DNA of 55,863 bases from Candidatus Adlerbacteria bacterium (lineage in GTDB: Bacteria; Patescibacteriota; Minisyncoccia; Phycocordibacterales; SBAW01): contig CAIRHB010000015.1 in the NCBI GenBank assembly GCA_903878285.1, forward strand, positions 1 through 55,863, read 5' to 3'. The notes beneath the pieces were generated by a model. That model saw nothing but the letters and a program-made list of their open reading frames with translations, ran no database searches and was not told where the DNA came from. The stretch's first letter is position 1. Each line of letters begins with the position of its first letter. This document shows, in pieces, positions 1 to 8,409 of this stretch. The translations under genes and the position numbers were made by a program.

Positions 1-25
1 GTATGTCTTCTGGTGTGAGCGCCAT
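1..25 (-). CDS. 5' end of a gene running off the window (MALTPEDI..., possibly GatC-like)
   Basis: ATG at 25 on the minus strand, preceded by TGgTACACT extended -10; only 8 codons visible. Confidence 0.3.
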
Positions 26-144
26 ACCTGACACACAGTGTACCATTACCGCAAGGGGGTCAGGTGTGGTGGTGGGGATTGGGGGTGTGAGGGGTTACGC
101 GGCAGAGAGTACCCGCAGCTAGCAATATATGGTATAATGCAAAT

Positions 145-318
145 ATGAAAAGCGTGTCCAAAAGCTATACTATTGGTCGCAAGGCGTTCGCTAAAATCAG
201 CGCCGTAGAGGGTATTAGTTTGACCCCACAAATGCGCGAGGATTTTCGCCTGTTTGAGCAACAGAATCTCTCCCACGCAGACAGACGCCAAGCTATTTCC
301 AAAAAGTACGCTCGATAA
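145..318 (+). CDS. 57-aa small protein, VbhA/FicA-like antitoxin type (not in ORF track)
   Basis: Reads MKSVSKSYTIGRKAFAKISAVEGISLTPQMREDFRLFEQQNLSHADRRQAISKKYAR*; TGgTATAAT at 130-138 lies 6 nt before the ATG; the ISAVEG helix resembles the Fic-inhibitory xxxE(G/N) motif. Confidence 0.6.
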   Translation: MKSVSKSYTIGRKAFAKISAVEGISLTPQMREDFRLFEQQNLSHADRRQAISKKYAR

Positions 319-334
319 CTCCAGACATCGTTGA

Positions 335-736
335 ATGTCTTATAGAGAAGATATGCTCAATCATATAACACTCCATGTAAGTAATTTGGAAAAGAGTAAA
401 ACGTTTTTTCGTGCGGCACTTGCACCACTTGGATACAAGTTGCTAATCGAGAAGGAACACTCTGCTGGATTTGGGCAGGAAGACGTTGCAGGCAAGCGCG
501 ACTTTTGGATTAGGCAGCGTGAAATTGGTGACAGTAAGTCGTTTTCTTGCTTGGCGTTCACTGCATCAAGTAAAAATGAAGTCGATATGTTCTATACTGC
601 TGCACTTGGTGCGGGCGGTACTAGCAACGGCGCTCCAGGGTATCGCGTCACGTATCACCCTGGATACTACGCGGCATATATCCTCGACCACAATGGCTAC
701 AACATCGAAGCGGTGTGGGATGATTCAGAAAAATAA
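335..736 (+). CDS. VOC/glyoxalase family protein
   Basis: HITLHVSNLEKSKTFF, GGTSNGAPGYR, YYAAYILDHNGYNIEAV motifs; start may be 353. Confidence 0.9.
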   Translation: MSYREDMLNHITLHVSNLEKSKTFFRAALAPLGYKLLIEKEHSAGFGQEDVAGKRDFWIRQREIGDSKSFSCLAFTASSKNEVDMFYTAALGAGGTSNGAPGYRVTYHPGYYAAYILDHNGYNIEAVWDDSEK

Positions 737-755
737 AAACATAACTCAACGGCAG

Positions 756-787
756 CTACTGCCCAGCAAAAAGGTGCAACTTTTGGG
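756..787 (-). repeat. Degenerate copy of the fba 3' end (copy C)
   Basis: ctactgcccagcaaaaaggtgcaacttttggg, 27/32 identical to 2004-2035; encodes QKLHLFAGQ*. Confidence 0.85.
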
Positions 788-833
788 AGAAACGGGTGCT
801 AGGTATCTTTTTTCTTTTCTTGAGAGCTAGAAA

Positions 834-1304
834 CTACGCGCGCCCAAGCAAGATATACAAGGATTGCCATTGTCCCATAGTCGCAAAATCCACAAGAGCC
901 GTAAGCACCAGCAAGACGAGCAGATTACACGCGATTCGCACAAAGGGAGATGCGGATTGCGCCCTACGATACAGGACACTATCACCAACAAAGAGAGCGC
1001 CGAACGCAATGACTCCTGCAACAACAGAAAAACACACCCGCATCAGTTCACCAATATCGGTACGATGGAACACATCCAAGAGAGCAAGGAAGGGAACAAA
1101 AAGGAACCATTCAATAGTGTGCGGACCAAGAGGAACAAACAAACCGAGGAAATTCACAAACACATTGCCCGAAGCGCCCGTGCCAGTGGGACCGTCGATC
1201 AAGTGCGAAGGAGACCACCCAAATCCCAACAATACCGCTACCCAATACACACATGTGAGAGCCAGATACCAGAAAGCAAATGACGTGTACCGTTTACTGT
1301 TCAT
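834..1304 (-). CDS. Hypothetical multi-pass membrane protein (~4 TM)
   Basis: Hydrophobic 156-aa ORF; TATAAT 6 nt upstream of the ATG. Confidence 0.7.
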   Translation of the reverse strand: MNSKRYTSFAFWYLALTCVYWVAVLLGFGWSPSHLIDGPTGTGASGNVFVNFLGLFVPLGPHTIEWFLFVPFLALLDVFHRTDIGELMRVCFSVVAGVIAFGALFVGDSVLYRRAQSASPFVRIACNLLVLLVLTALVDFATMGQWQSLYILLGRA

Positions 1305-1316
1305 ATGTGTATTATA

Positions 1317-1348
1317 TTACTACCCAGCAAAGAGGCGCAACTTTTGGG
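1317..1348 (-). repeat. Degenerate copy of the fba 3' end (copy B)
   Basis: ttactacccagcaaagaggcgcaacttttggg, 28/32 identical to 2004-2035; encodes QKLRLFAG**. Confidence 0.85.
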
Positions 1349-1369
1349 AAAGACCCTTATACACAATTC

Positions 1370-1398
1370 TTGATATTCTCGGGTCGTTCTGTTACCAT
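1370..1398 (+). promoter_or_regulatory. Sigma70-type promoter of the candidate sRNA
   Basis: TTGATA (1370-1375), 17-nt spacer, TACCAT (1393-1398) with extended TG. Confidence 0.7.
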
Positions 1399-1401
1399 AA
1401 G

Positions 1402-1461
1402 GTGGTGTCTGTGGGCGCAAGCCCCGTTCAGCTCACATCGTAAGCTGAAGACAGACACCAC
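1402..1461 (+). ncRNA. Candidate ~60-nt three-way-junction small RNA of unknown family
   Basis: 11-bp closing stem GTGGTGTCTGT/ACAGACACCAC, GGGC-GCAA-GCCC GNRA hairpin, 7-bp TTCAGCT/AGCTGAA hairpin; has its own promoter and terminator. Confidence 0.6.
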
Positions 1462-1462
1462 G

Positions 1463-1491
1463 AAAGGACCTCTGCAATCGCAGGGGTTTTG
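1463..1491. terminator. Probable bidirectional intrinsic terminator
   Basis: aaaggACCTCTGC-aatc-GCAGGGGTtttg hairpin between the convergent sRNA and CDS. Confidence 0.65.
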
Positions 1492-1504
1492 TCGTATCAT
1501 ATTG

Positions 1505-1981
1505 TTACTCCTCTGCTATGCTGGCACTAGCGAGGTGCAGATATGAATCGCCATCTTTCAGCTTTACCGTTGACATTACGCTCCAAAAGACGATATTCCC
1601 ATTTCCTACACGCCGTAAGATAATCTTTACGCGAATCGGTTTTGAGCCTTTTGTGATAGCAATCACTCCCCAATATTCAATCTCGCGCATTTCTCTTGCA
1701 CCATCAGAAAATCTTCTTTGACCGACTGGCTCCATCGTGTGACGATACTCCTGAATCGTGCCTGCATTGCGCAAGATATGAGGAACGGCGGGCAACAAGC
1801 TAAACTTTAGTAGCTGTTCCTGTTTAGAACGTTCCCGTTCGGCAGAAAACTGGAGATGATGAAAACCATCCGAGTTAAATACAATGTCTAAACCAAAATA
1901 TGGGCACCTAACTTTCCCGATACTTTTATAAAAAGCCTCGGCTTTTTCCTTTTCTCTTCTATATCGTTCCAATAGTTCCAT
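1505..1981 (-). CDS. Hypothetical protein, putative BECR/PBECR-like RNase fold
   Basis: Likely start MELLERY at 1981 with GGGAGG SD; IVFNSDGFHH helix-His motif followed by a beta-meander ending in FWSV; the longer ORF-track version overlaps fba. Confidence 0.6.
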   Translation of the reverse strand: MELLERYRREKEKAEAFYKSIGKVRCPYFGLDIVFNSDGFHHLQFSAERERSKQEQLLKFSLLPAVPHILRNAGTIQEYRHTMEPVGQRRFSDGAREMREIEYWGVIAITKGSKPIRVKIILRRVGNGNIVFWSVMSTVKLKDGDSYLHLASASIAEE

Positions 1982-2003
1982 ACCTATCGCCTCCCACCTA
2001 AGT

Positions 2004-2933
2004 TTACTGCCCAGCAAACAACCGCAACTTTTGGGCGACGTAGGCCTGCATCGCGGTGACGGACGGGGTGAGAAATTTGTAGGGGGTTGTTTCTTCGCTT
2101 GTCGTAAGCGTCTTGCGGAGCGAGTCGCGGTACGCGAGCCGCAGGTCGGTGTTGATGTGGATAATGACCACGCCCGCCTTGACCGCCGCGACAAATTCCT
2201 CGTCGGACGAGCCCGAGCCACCATGGAGCACCAGAGGCACACCAACGTGCCCCGTACTATCTGCCACGCCCGGAGTCGGGTTTACCGCCGCAGACAACGC
2301 CGCGATGCGCGAGATAGAGAGCTTCGGCTGCCCGCTGAGGACAATGCCATGGATATTGCCGACCGCAGGCGCAACGAGGTCGATACCCGTTTGGGCCACC
2401 AGCTCTTGCAGCTCTTCTGGTTTGGTCATCAACTCCTCGGTCGCGGCAGCACCCTCGGGGAGCGCGTCCATCACTGCAGACGAGGTGCCGATGTAACCGA
2501 GCTCCCCTTCGATCAACACCTTCGTGTTGATCGCTCCGAGCGCCGTCGAGGAGCTAGCGTGCTTCTCCTGTGCATACGCTACCGCCGCCTTGCATAGCGC
2601 AACATTATCAGCAAACGACAGCTTCGCACCATCAACGACGACAGAATCTACTCCTGCATCAATCGCGGCGCGCACCTTTTCGATACTGTAGGTGTGGTCG
2701 GCGTTGAGATATATCTGCGCACCCTGCGCGTTGTAGATATCCACTAATGCTCGCGCATGTGTTATTGGAAAATACTCGCGCTCGCCCTCCGACAAACCGA
2801 CCGCGACCGGCAACCCAGTCTCCATCGCCGCCTGCGCGATCGCCTTGAGCTGGTTTGAATCCGAAAAGTTAAAATGCCCCATCGCCCGCCCCGCTTTCGT
2901 ATAATTTTGAATGGTTTCTCGTAGTGTTTGCAT
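2004..2933 (-). CDS. fba: Class II fructose-bisphosphate aldolase
   Basis: ADH, DSVVVDG, EGELG, AVGNIHG, LVLHGGSG, INTD motifs. Confidence 0.93.
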   Translation of the reverse strand: MQTLRETIQNYTKAGRAMGHFNFSDSNQLKAIAQAAMETGLPVAVGLSEGEREYFPITHARALVDIYNAQGAQIYLNADHTYSIEKVRAAIDAGVDSVVVDGAKLSFADNVALCKAAVAYAQEKHASSSTALGAINTKVLIEGELGYIGTSSAVMDALPEGAAATEELMTKPEELQELVAQTGIDLVAPAVGNIHGIVLSGQPKLSISRIAALSAAVNPTPGVADSTGHVGVPLVLHGGSGSSDEEFVAAVKAGVVIIHINTDLRLAYRDSLRKTLTTSEETTPYKFLTPSVTAMQAYVAQKLRLFAGQ

Positions 2934-2940
2934 ACACTTC

Positions 2941-2950
2941 AGTATATACT
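2941..2950. promoter_or_regulatory. Palindromic bidirectional -10 element (AGTATATACT) between divergent fba and PfkB genes
   Basis: Gives TATACT on both strands, 6-7 nt before each ATG (2933 minus, 2957 plus). Confidence 0.65.
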
Positions 2951-2956
2951 ATTTCT

Positions 2957-3955
2957 ATGCAACTAGATTTCCTCGCCATCGGCGATATTGTGACCGAACC
3001 ATTTATCCGTCTCAAAGAAGCGTCTGTGCATTGCAAGATCAATAATGAGGCATGCGAAATCTGCATGCGCTGGGGCGATAAGATCCCCTACGAGTACGAG
3101 GTGCCGATGTACGCCGTCGGCAACTCGGCGAACGCAGCTGTGTCAGCGGCACGGCTCGGGCTCAAGGCGTCGCTGCGCACCTACGTCGGCGACGACGAAG
3201 CTGGCACGCAATGTCTCGAGACATTAACAAAAGAGCATGTCGACACATCACTCATGGTGACCGAGGCGGGAAAGAAAACCAATCACCACTTTGTGTTGTG
3301 GTACGAGACCGAGCGCACTATTTTAGTTAAACATGAAGAGTACACCTACTCTGTACCACCTATAGTTGAAGGGCCAAAGTGGGTGTACCTCTCGTCACTC
3401 GCCGCAAACTCGCTTCCCTACCATCTCGCGCTTGCTGAGTGGCTGAGGACTGTTCCTGACACCAAGCTCGCGTTCCAGCCTGGTACATTTCAGATAAAGC
3501 TCGGTGTCGAAACGCTCAAGGACATCTACATGCGCACCGAGCTCTTTGTCTGCAACAAAGAAGAGGCCGAGCGTATCCTCGGCGTCGAGCCGACCACTGA
3601 GATCAAGAAACTCCTCACCGGCTTGCAAGCGCTCGGGCCAAAGATCGTCATCATTACTGACGATCGACGCGGCGCGTATGCGTTGAGTAGCGCAGGGACA
3701 GCATGGTATGTGCCGATGTACCCCGATGCGCGTGCACCGTTTGAGCGCACCGGCGCTGGCGACGCATTTGCATCGAGCGTCACGGCGGCACTCGCGATCG
3801 GTAAATCACTTGAGGAGGCTCTCTTGTGGGGCCCGATTAATGCAATGTCGGTGGTGCAAGATGTCGGTGCACAAAAAGGACTCCTCACACGGGAGCAGCT
3901 GGAGATGTATCTGCACACTGCGCCGAAAGAGTACGCGCTCTCACCACTCGCATAG
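2957..3955 (+). CDS. PfkB-family carbohydrate kinase
   Basis: GNSANAAVSAARLG, NKEEA, RTGAGDAF signature; start at MQLDF. Confidence 0.9.
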   Translation: MQLDFLAIGDIVTEPFIRLKEASVHCKINNEACEICMRWGDKIPYEYEVPMYAVGNSANAAVSAARLGLKASLRTYVGDDEAGTQCLETLTKEHVDTSLMVTEAGKKTNHHFVLWYETERTILVKHEEYTYSVPPIVEGPKWVYLSSLAANSLPYHLALAEWLRTVPDTKLAFQPGTFQIKLGVETLKDIYMRTELFVCNKEEAERILGVEPTTEIKKLLTGLQALGPKIVIITDDRRGAYALSSAGTAWYVPMYPDARAPFERTGAGDAFASSVTAALAIGKSLEEALLWGPINAMSVVQDVGAQKGLLTREQLEMYLHTAPKEYALSPLA

Positions 3956-4018
3956 CCTCATATTTTTCCATTAAGCCCATCACACAAAGACAGACGGGAG
4001 ACCTGGGAAGCAGCACAA

Positions 4019-4192
4019 CTACGGTTGTTGTGTATACAAACTTGTTGCGAGAAAATCGGCGAAAGGGTTTTTGTTATATGCCGCTTTCCACACAATCAAC
4101 AGCATAGCGAATGAAAACGCGGCTACAAACGCGAGCCCAACAAACGTATTAATATTCGCCTGCCACCACCGCGCGTCGCCACTGGTCATCAT
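4019..4192 (-). CDS. 57-aa single-TM small protein (not in ORF track)
   Basis: MMTSGDARWWQANINTFVGLAFVAAFSFAMLLIVWKAAYNKNPFADFLATSLYTQQP*; ATGA overlap with the transketolase stop. Confidence 0.65.
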   Translation of the reverse strand: MMTSGDARWWQANINTFVGLAFVAAFSFAMLLIVWKAAYNKNPFADFLATSLYTQQP

Positions 4193-5184
4193 ATACGGGT
4201 TAACTTGCGAGACTGCGCTTTTTTGATTGCTGCGACGACGTGTAAGACGCCCATGCCGTAGTGCTCGATAAGCTCGCTCGGCTCGCCCGATTGCCCAAAC
4301 TGGTCGCGCACACCAACAAACTCGATTGGTACGGGGTACTCCTGCGCAAGTAGCTCGGCGATTGCCCCACCCAGACCGCCTGCAATCTGGTGCTCCTCGA
4401 CGGTCACGACAGCACCCGCCGCACGTGCCAGAGCGACCACCGCCTCGCGGTCGAGCGGTTTAATGGTGTGGATGTTGGTGACCGAGACAGCAGTGCTCGA
4501 CCCGAGCTCTTTTGCTGCCGCGAGCGCGTTGTAGAGCAGCGGGCCAGTCGCGAAGATTGCCACCTCGGGGCGCTCGCTTGTCCACACTGTTTGCGCTTTG
4601 CCAAAGACAAACGGTGTCTCGGCGGTCGTCATCAGCGGCGTCTTCTCACGGCCAAAGCGCAAATACACAGGGCCATCATGCGCCGCCGCGGCAAGCGTCG
4701 CCTTGTATGCCTCCACCTCGTCGCAGGGCGACAACACGGTCATGTGTGGCACGACGCGCATGAGCGCGATGTCCTCCAGCGCCTGATGCGTCGCGCCGTC
4801 GGGCCCGACCGACACCCCCGCATGCATACCGCATACCTTGACGGGCAGCTGGTTGAGCGCTGTGGTGGTGCGAATCTGCTCCCAGTTGCGCCCAGGAGAA
4901 AACGCCGCGTAGGACGCGACAAAGGGGACTCTGCCATAGGCGGCAAACCCCGCGGCAAGTGTGACGAGATTCTGCTCCGCGACACCCACCTCGACAAACC
5001 GCTCGGGATATTTTTCCTTAAACGGCAGCGTGCGCGTCGACTCTGCCAAGTCGGCACAGAGCACCACAACATTCTTGTGTGTCTCTCCCAACTTGAGCAA
5101 CGCGCGACCAAACCCATCACGCGTGGGAGCCTGTTCTTTCATCTCAAACAAATCACTTCGCAGTTGTGCAGTTGGTTCTAGCAT
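4189..5184 (-). CDS. tkt: Transketolase, C-terminal (pyrimidine-binding) subunit
   Basis: GVAEQN, GPDGATHQ, VEEHQIAGGLG. Confidence 0.92.
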   Translation of the reverse strand: MLEPTAQLRSDLFEMKEQAPTRDGFGRALLKLGETHKNVVVLCADLAESTRTLPFKEKYPERFVEVGVAEQNLVTLAAGFAAYGRVPFVASYAAFSPGRNWEQIRTTTALNQLPVKVCGMHAGVSVGPDGATHQALEDIALMRVVPHMTVLSPCDEVEAYKATLAAAAHDGPVYLRFGREKTPLMTTAETPFVFGKAQTVWTSERPEVAIFATGPLLYNALAAAKELGSSTAVSVTNIHTIKPLDREAVVALARAAGAVVTVEEHQIAGGLGGAIAELLAQEYPVPIEFVGVRDQFGQSGEPSELIEHYGMGVLHVVAAIKKAQSRKLTRI

Positions 5185-5185
5185 A

Positions 5186-6040
5186 TCACTGATGTTCGCT
5201 CCTAATCTTCCCGCCCATCGTTCGTAGTTCGTTCAAGAATGTTTGTGTTTCTTCTTTTGACTTGGGGTAGCCGTGGTAGTGATAGTCGCGCTCGATTTCT
5301 GGCACTCCTTTGCCAGGGATGGTGTGCGCGAGAATGAGCGTTGGCTTGTCTGCCACCTCCTTTGCCTGCTCGACCACGTCAACAAACGCGCGAACATTGT
5401 TGCCATCCACCTCGAACACCTGCCAATTAAACGCCTCGTACTTTGCGCGCAAGTTTTCAAGCGGCAGCACATCCTCGGTCGTGCCGTCGATCTGGATATG
5501 GTTGCGATCGATAATTGCGATAAGATTGCCGAGATGGTTCGCACCTGCAAACATCGCCGCCTCCCACACATTGCCCTCGTCCTGCTCGCCGTCGCCCATG
5601 ATGCAAAAAATATGGAAAGGGTCGGTGCGTGCCGCATACGCATACCCTGCCGCTTGGCTCAGCCCCTCGCCGAGCGGCCCCGAGGTCGACTCAAGGCCGG
5701 CCAGGCGCAGGCGCTCGGGATGCCCCTGCAGACGCGAGCCAAACTTGCGCAAGGTGAGACACTCCTCGAGTGGGAAGTAGCCTGCATGCGCCATCGCGGC
5801 ATAGCGCACCGGAGCGGTGTGCCCGTTTGACATAAACAGCCGATCGCGCCCCTGCCACTCGGGCTCGCTTGGTCGTTGGTTGAGAATATGAAAATAGAGC
5901 GCCGCATAGATATCCGCCAGACCAAGCGGCGACGCGATATGCCCGCTGCCTGCCGCGAGCAGCATCTCGACGATGGTCTCGCGGATTGCTTGCGCTTTCG
6001 CTTCGAGCATTTGCGCCTCGTTGTCGGTAAGTGTTGTCAT
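5186..6040 (-). CDS. tkt: Transketolase, N-terminal (TPP-binding) subunit
   Basis: GSGH, SNGH, LQGHP, GDGEQDEG TPP motif; start MTTLTDNE with TGcTACACT 6 nt upstream. Confidence 0.92.
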   Translation of the reverse strand: MTTLTDNEAQMLEAKAQAIRETIVEMLLAAGSGHIASPLGLADIYAALYFHILNQRPSEPEWQGRDRLFMSNGHTAPVRYAAMAHAGYFPLEECLTLRKFGSRLQGHPERLRLAGLESTSGPLGEGLSQAAGYAYAARTDPFHIFCIMGDGEQDEGNVWEAAMFAGANHLGNLIAIIDRNHIQIDGTTEDVLPLENLRAKYEAFNWQVFEVDGNNVRAFVDVVEQAKEVADKPTLILAHTIPGKGVPEIERDYHYHGYPKSKEETQTFLNELRTMGGKIRSEHQ

Positions 6041-6059
6041 ATATGGAGTGTAGCACACG

Positions 6060-6791
6060 TTAGCGCACCGCGTCGCGAAGCGCCGCGAGCGAAGCGAGCG
6101 GATCTTTTGCACCAAAGATCGCTGACCCAACGATGAGCCGGTTGGCGCCCGCATGCACCAAGGACTGTGCGTTTTCGAGCGTCACTCCGCCGTCCACCTG
6201 GAGCGGCAGCTGCGGATATCGACGACGCAATCGCTCGACCAGGAACACCGTGTGCGGATTAAACGGCTGCCCCTGTTTACCAACACGGTCAACCCCCATC
6301 ACTTGGATAAAATCAAACTGCGCCTCAAACGACTCAAGCAGGTCTGGCTGGTCGGTCGGCAACACCGCAACACCAACCGTAATCGACAGGCTACCCGTGC
6401 TGTCGTCGCGCACATCAACCAGCGACTGGAACGCCGCGAGCGCCTGCTCGCTATGTGCATGCAGTACGATGCGCGATGCACCAGCACGTACAAAGTCGCG
6501 CACATCCTCAAGTGGGTTCGCAAGCATCAGGTCAAACTCAAAGTCCAGGTCACCCCAAAACGGCAGCCCGTGTTCTTCGGCGATAATTTTATCAAACTCG
6601 GTGCGGTCGGTGTATGGCCACGTCTTCGACCCAGCAAACACGCCGTCGACAACATCAACCTGTACCCGCTTGGTAGCGGCATGGATGATGCCCAGATGCT
6701 GCTCCAAGTCGCGAAATCGCTTTGGCAGTATCGCCGGAATAATCTCCACCGCGGTTGGCAAACCAGCGGTATGTGTATACGGGTCAACCAT
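6060..6791 (-). CDS. rpe: Ribulose-phosphate 3-epimerase
   Basis: DVVDG, QVMG..G.QGQ.F, QVDGGV, VGSAIF; start overlaps the rpiB stop. Confidence 0.88.
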   Translation of the reverse strand: MVDPYTHTAGLPTAVEIIPAILPKRFRDLEQHLGIIHAATKRVQVDVVDGVFAGSKTWPYTDRTEFDKIIAEEHGLPFWGDLDFEFDLMLANPLEDVRDFVRAGASRIVLHAHSEQALAAFQSLVDVRDDSTGSLSITVGVAVLPTDQPDLLESFEAQFDFIQVMGVDRVGKQGQPFNPHTVFLVERLRRRYPQLPLQVDGGVTLENAQSLVHAGANRLIVGSAIFGAKDPLASLAALRDAVR

Positions 6792-7275
6792 GGTCGAGTT
6801 CTGCGATCCGTCGGATGTGTCGCGCGTCACCACTAAACGGCACTGCGAGCCAGAGCTTCACCACACGCTCTACCTCCTCCTGCGTTAAAAACTTCGCGCC
6901 AAGCGAGAGAATGTTTGCATCATTATGTTGTCGCGAGAGCACGAGCACCTCGTCGGCTTGCCCCTCCGAAACCGCAGGCGAAACGGACCCATAGTACACA
7001 GCAGCGCGCGCACCCCGTACACGGTTTGCAGCCATCGCCTCGCCCTGCCCCGAGAGACCAATCATGATTCCAAACACCGAGCCAGTGGCTGTAGCAGCTT
7101 CAGTATCTGCCGCAACTCTCTGCGCAAGCGGGATACAATAGTCGGGGTAGTCGTCACCAGGCACGAGCGTATACGGGCCCATATCCTCGACCTCGTACCC
7201 CTGCTCGCGCAGATAAGCGGCAAGCACCGCCTTGAGTTCGAACCCGTCGTGGTCTGAGGCAAGATAGATGCGCAT
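6784..7275 (-). CDS. rpiB: Ribose-5-phosphate isomerase B
   Basis: ASDHDG, DYPD, ANRVRGARAA, RQHNDANILSLG, RHIRRI. Confidence 0.92.
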   Translation of the reverse strand: MRIYLASDHDGFELKAVLAAYLREQGYEVEDMGPYTLVPGDDYPDYCIPLAQRVAADTEAATATGSVFGIMIGLSGQGEAMAANRVRGARAAVYYGSVSPAVSEGQADEVLVLSRQHNDANILSLGAKFLTQEEVERVVKLWLAVPFSGDARHIRRIAELDHG

Positions 7276-7278
7276 ACC

Positions 7279-8328
7279 TTATATATGCTTCGCGAGTCTA
7301 CTCACGTGCTCGACCAGCGCGTGTGTGTAGCCCATCTCGTTGTCGTACCACGCAAGCACCTTGACCAAGTTACCGCCGATCACGCGCGTGAGCGACAGGT
7401 CGGCAATCGACGCCTGTGCCGAGCCCAAGATGTCGCTCGATACGAGCGGTTCGTCGGTGACGCCAAAGACCGGCTTCCAGCGATCCTCGCCTGCTGCCTT
7501 CGTTAAAATCGCGTTCACCTCTTCGACGCTCGTGTCGCGCTTCGCGATAAAGGTGACATCGGCGATAGATCCTGCGATCACCGGCACACGCAGGCTGATG
7601 CCGTCGAACTTGCCAGCCAAGTCGGGAATGGCCTTGGTGACCGCGATCGCAGCGCCAGTCGAGGAAGGGACGATGTTGTGTGCGCCCGCGCGCCCGTCGC
7701 GGTAGTCCTCCTTCCCTTTCGCCTTCTTGACTGGACCATCAACCAAGTTCTGTGACGCGGTGTAGCCGTGCGTTGTCGAGAGCACCGCCTTTTCGATCCC
7801 GATCGCCTCGTGAAGAATTTGCATTAGCGGACTTGATGCGTTGGTGGTGCAGGATGCATTGGAGGTGATGGTACTCGTGGCAAACTTGTCGTCGTTGATG
7901 CCGACAAGAATCGTCGCACCCGTGTACCCCGCAGATCCGTCAGCGGGTGTTTCATCTTTGACGGGCGCGGTAATCACCACACGCTTGGCACCCGCGTCGA
8001 GATGTACCTTTGCTTTCTCAAAACTGGTAAAAAATCCGGTCGACTCAACCACGACGTCGATACCTAAATCCTTCCATGGCAACTTCGCTGGGTCGGCTTC
8101 GGAGAAGTGTTTGATTTCTTTTCCATCGACCACCAACGCGTTGCCCGCAGTCGCCACACTAAACGACGGCTTGCCGTAGACGCTGTCGTACTGGAGCAAG
8201 TACGCCAGCTGCGCAGCATCGCCCAAGTCGTTAATCGCTATCACCTCTAGCCCTGGTCGCTCGTGCGCGATGCGCAAAAACGCTCTGCCAATCCGCCCAA
8301 ACCCGTTTATCGCAATTTTTGTAGTCAT
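7279..8328 (-). CDS. gap: Glyceraldehyde-3-phosphate dehydrogenase
   Basis: INGFGRIGR, NASCTTN, WYDNEMGY. Confidence 0.97.
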   Translation of the reverse strand: MTTKIAINGFGRIGRAFLRIAHERPGLEVIAINDLGDAAQLAYLLQYDSVYGKPSFSVATAGNALVVDGKEIKHFSEADPAKLPWKDLGIDVVVESTGFFTSFEKAKVHLDAGAKRVVITAPVKDETPADGSAGYTGATILVGINDDKFATSTITSNASCTTNASSPLMQILHEAIGIEKAVLSTTHGYTASQNLVDGPVKKAKGKEDYRDGRAGAHNIVPSSTGAAIAVTKAIPDLAGKFDGISLRVPVIAGSIADVTFIAKRDTSVEEVNAILTKAAGEDRWKPVFGVTDEPLVSSDILGSAQASIADLSLTRVIGGNLVKVLAWYDNEMGYTHALVEHVSRLAKHI

Positions 8329-8370
8329 ATACCCTCTAGTATATACGATTTCTCTCCCACTATCCCCAGT

Positions 8371-8387
8371 TCGAGGTCTCGCCTCGA
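8371..8387. repeat. REP palindrome upstream of the RAYT
   Basis: TCGAGG-TCTCG-CCTCGA. Confidence 0.85.
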
Positions 8388-8409
8388 TTTTTTATTCTAT
8401 ACTATACAC

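Noticed and set aside
1402-1461. Canonical tRNA, SRP RNA or 5S rRNA
   Set aside because: Too short, only two arms, no TTCGA T-loop and no SRP GGAA/AGCAG motif.
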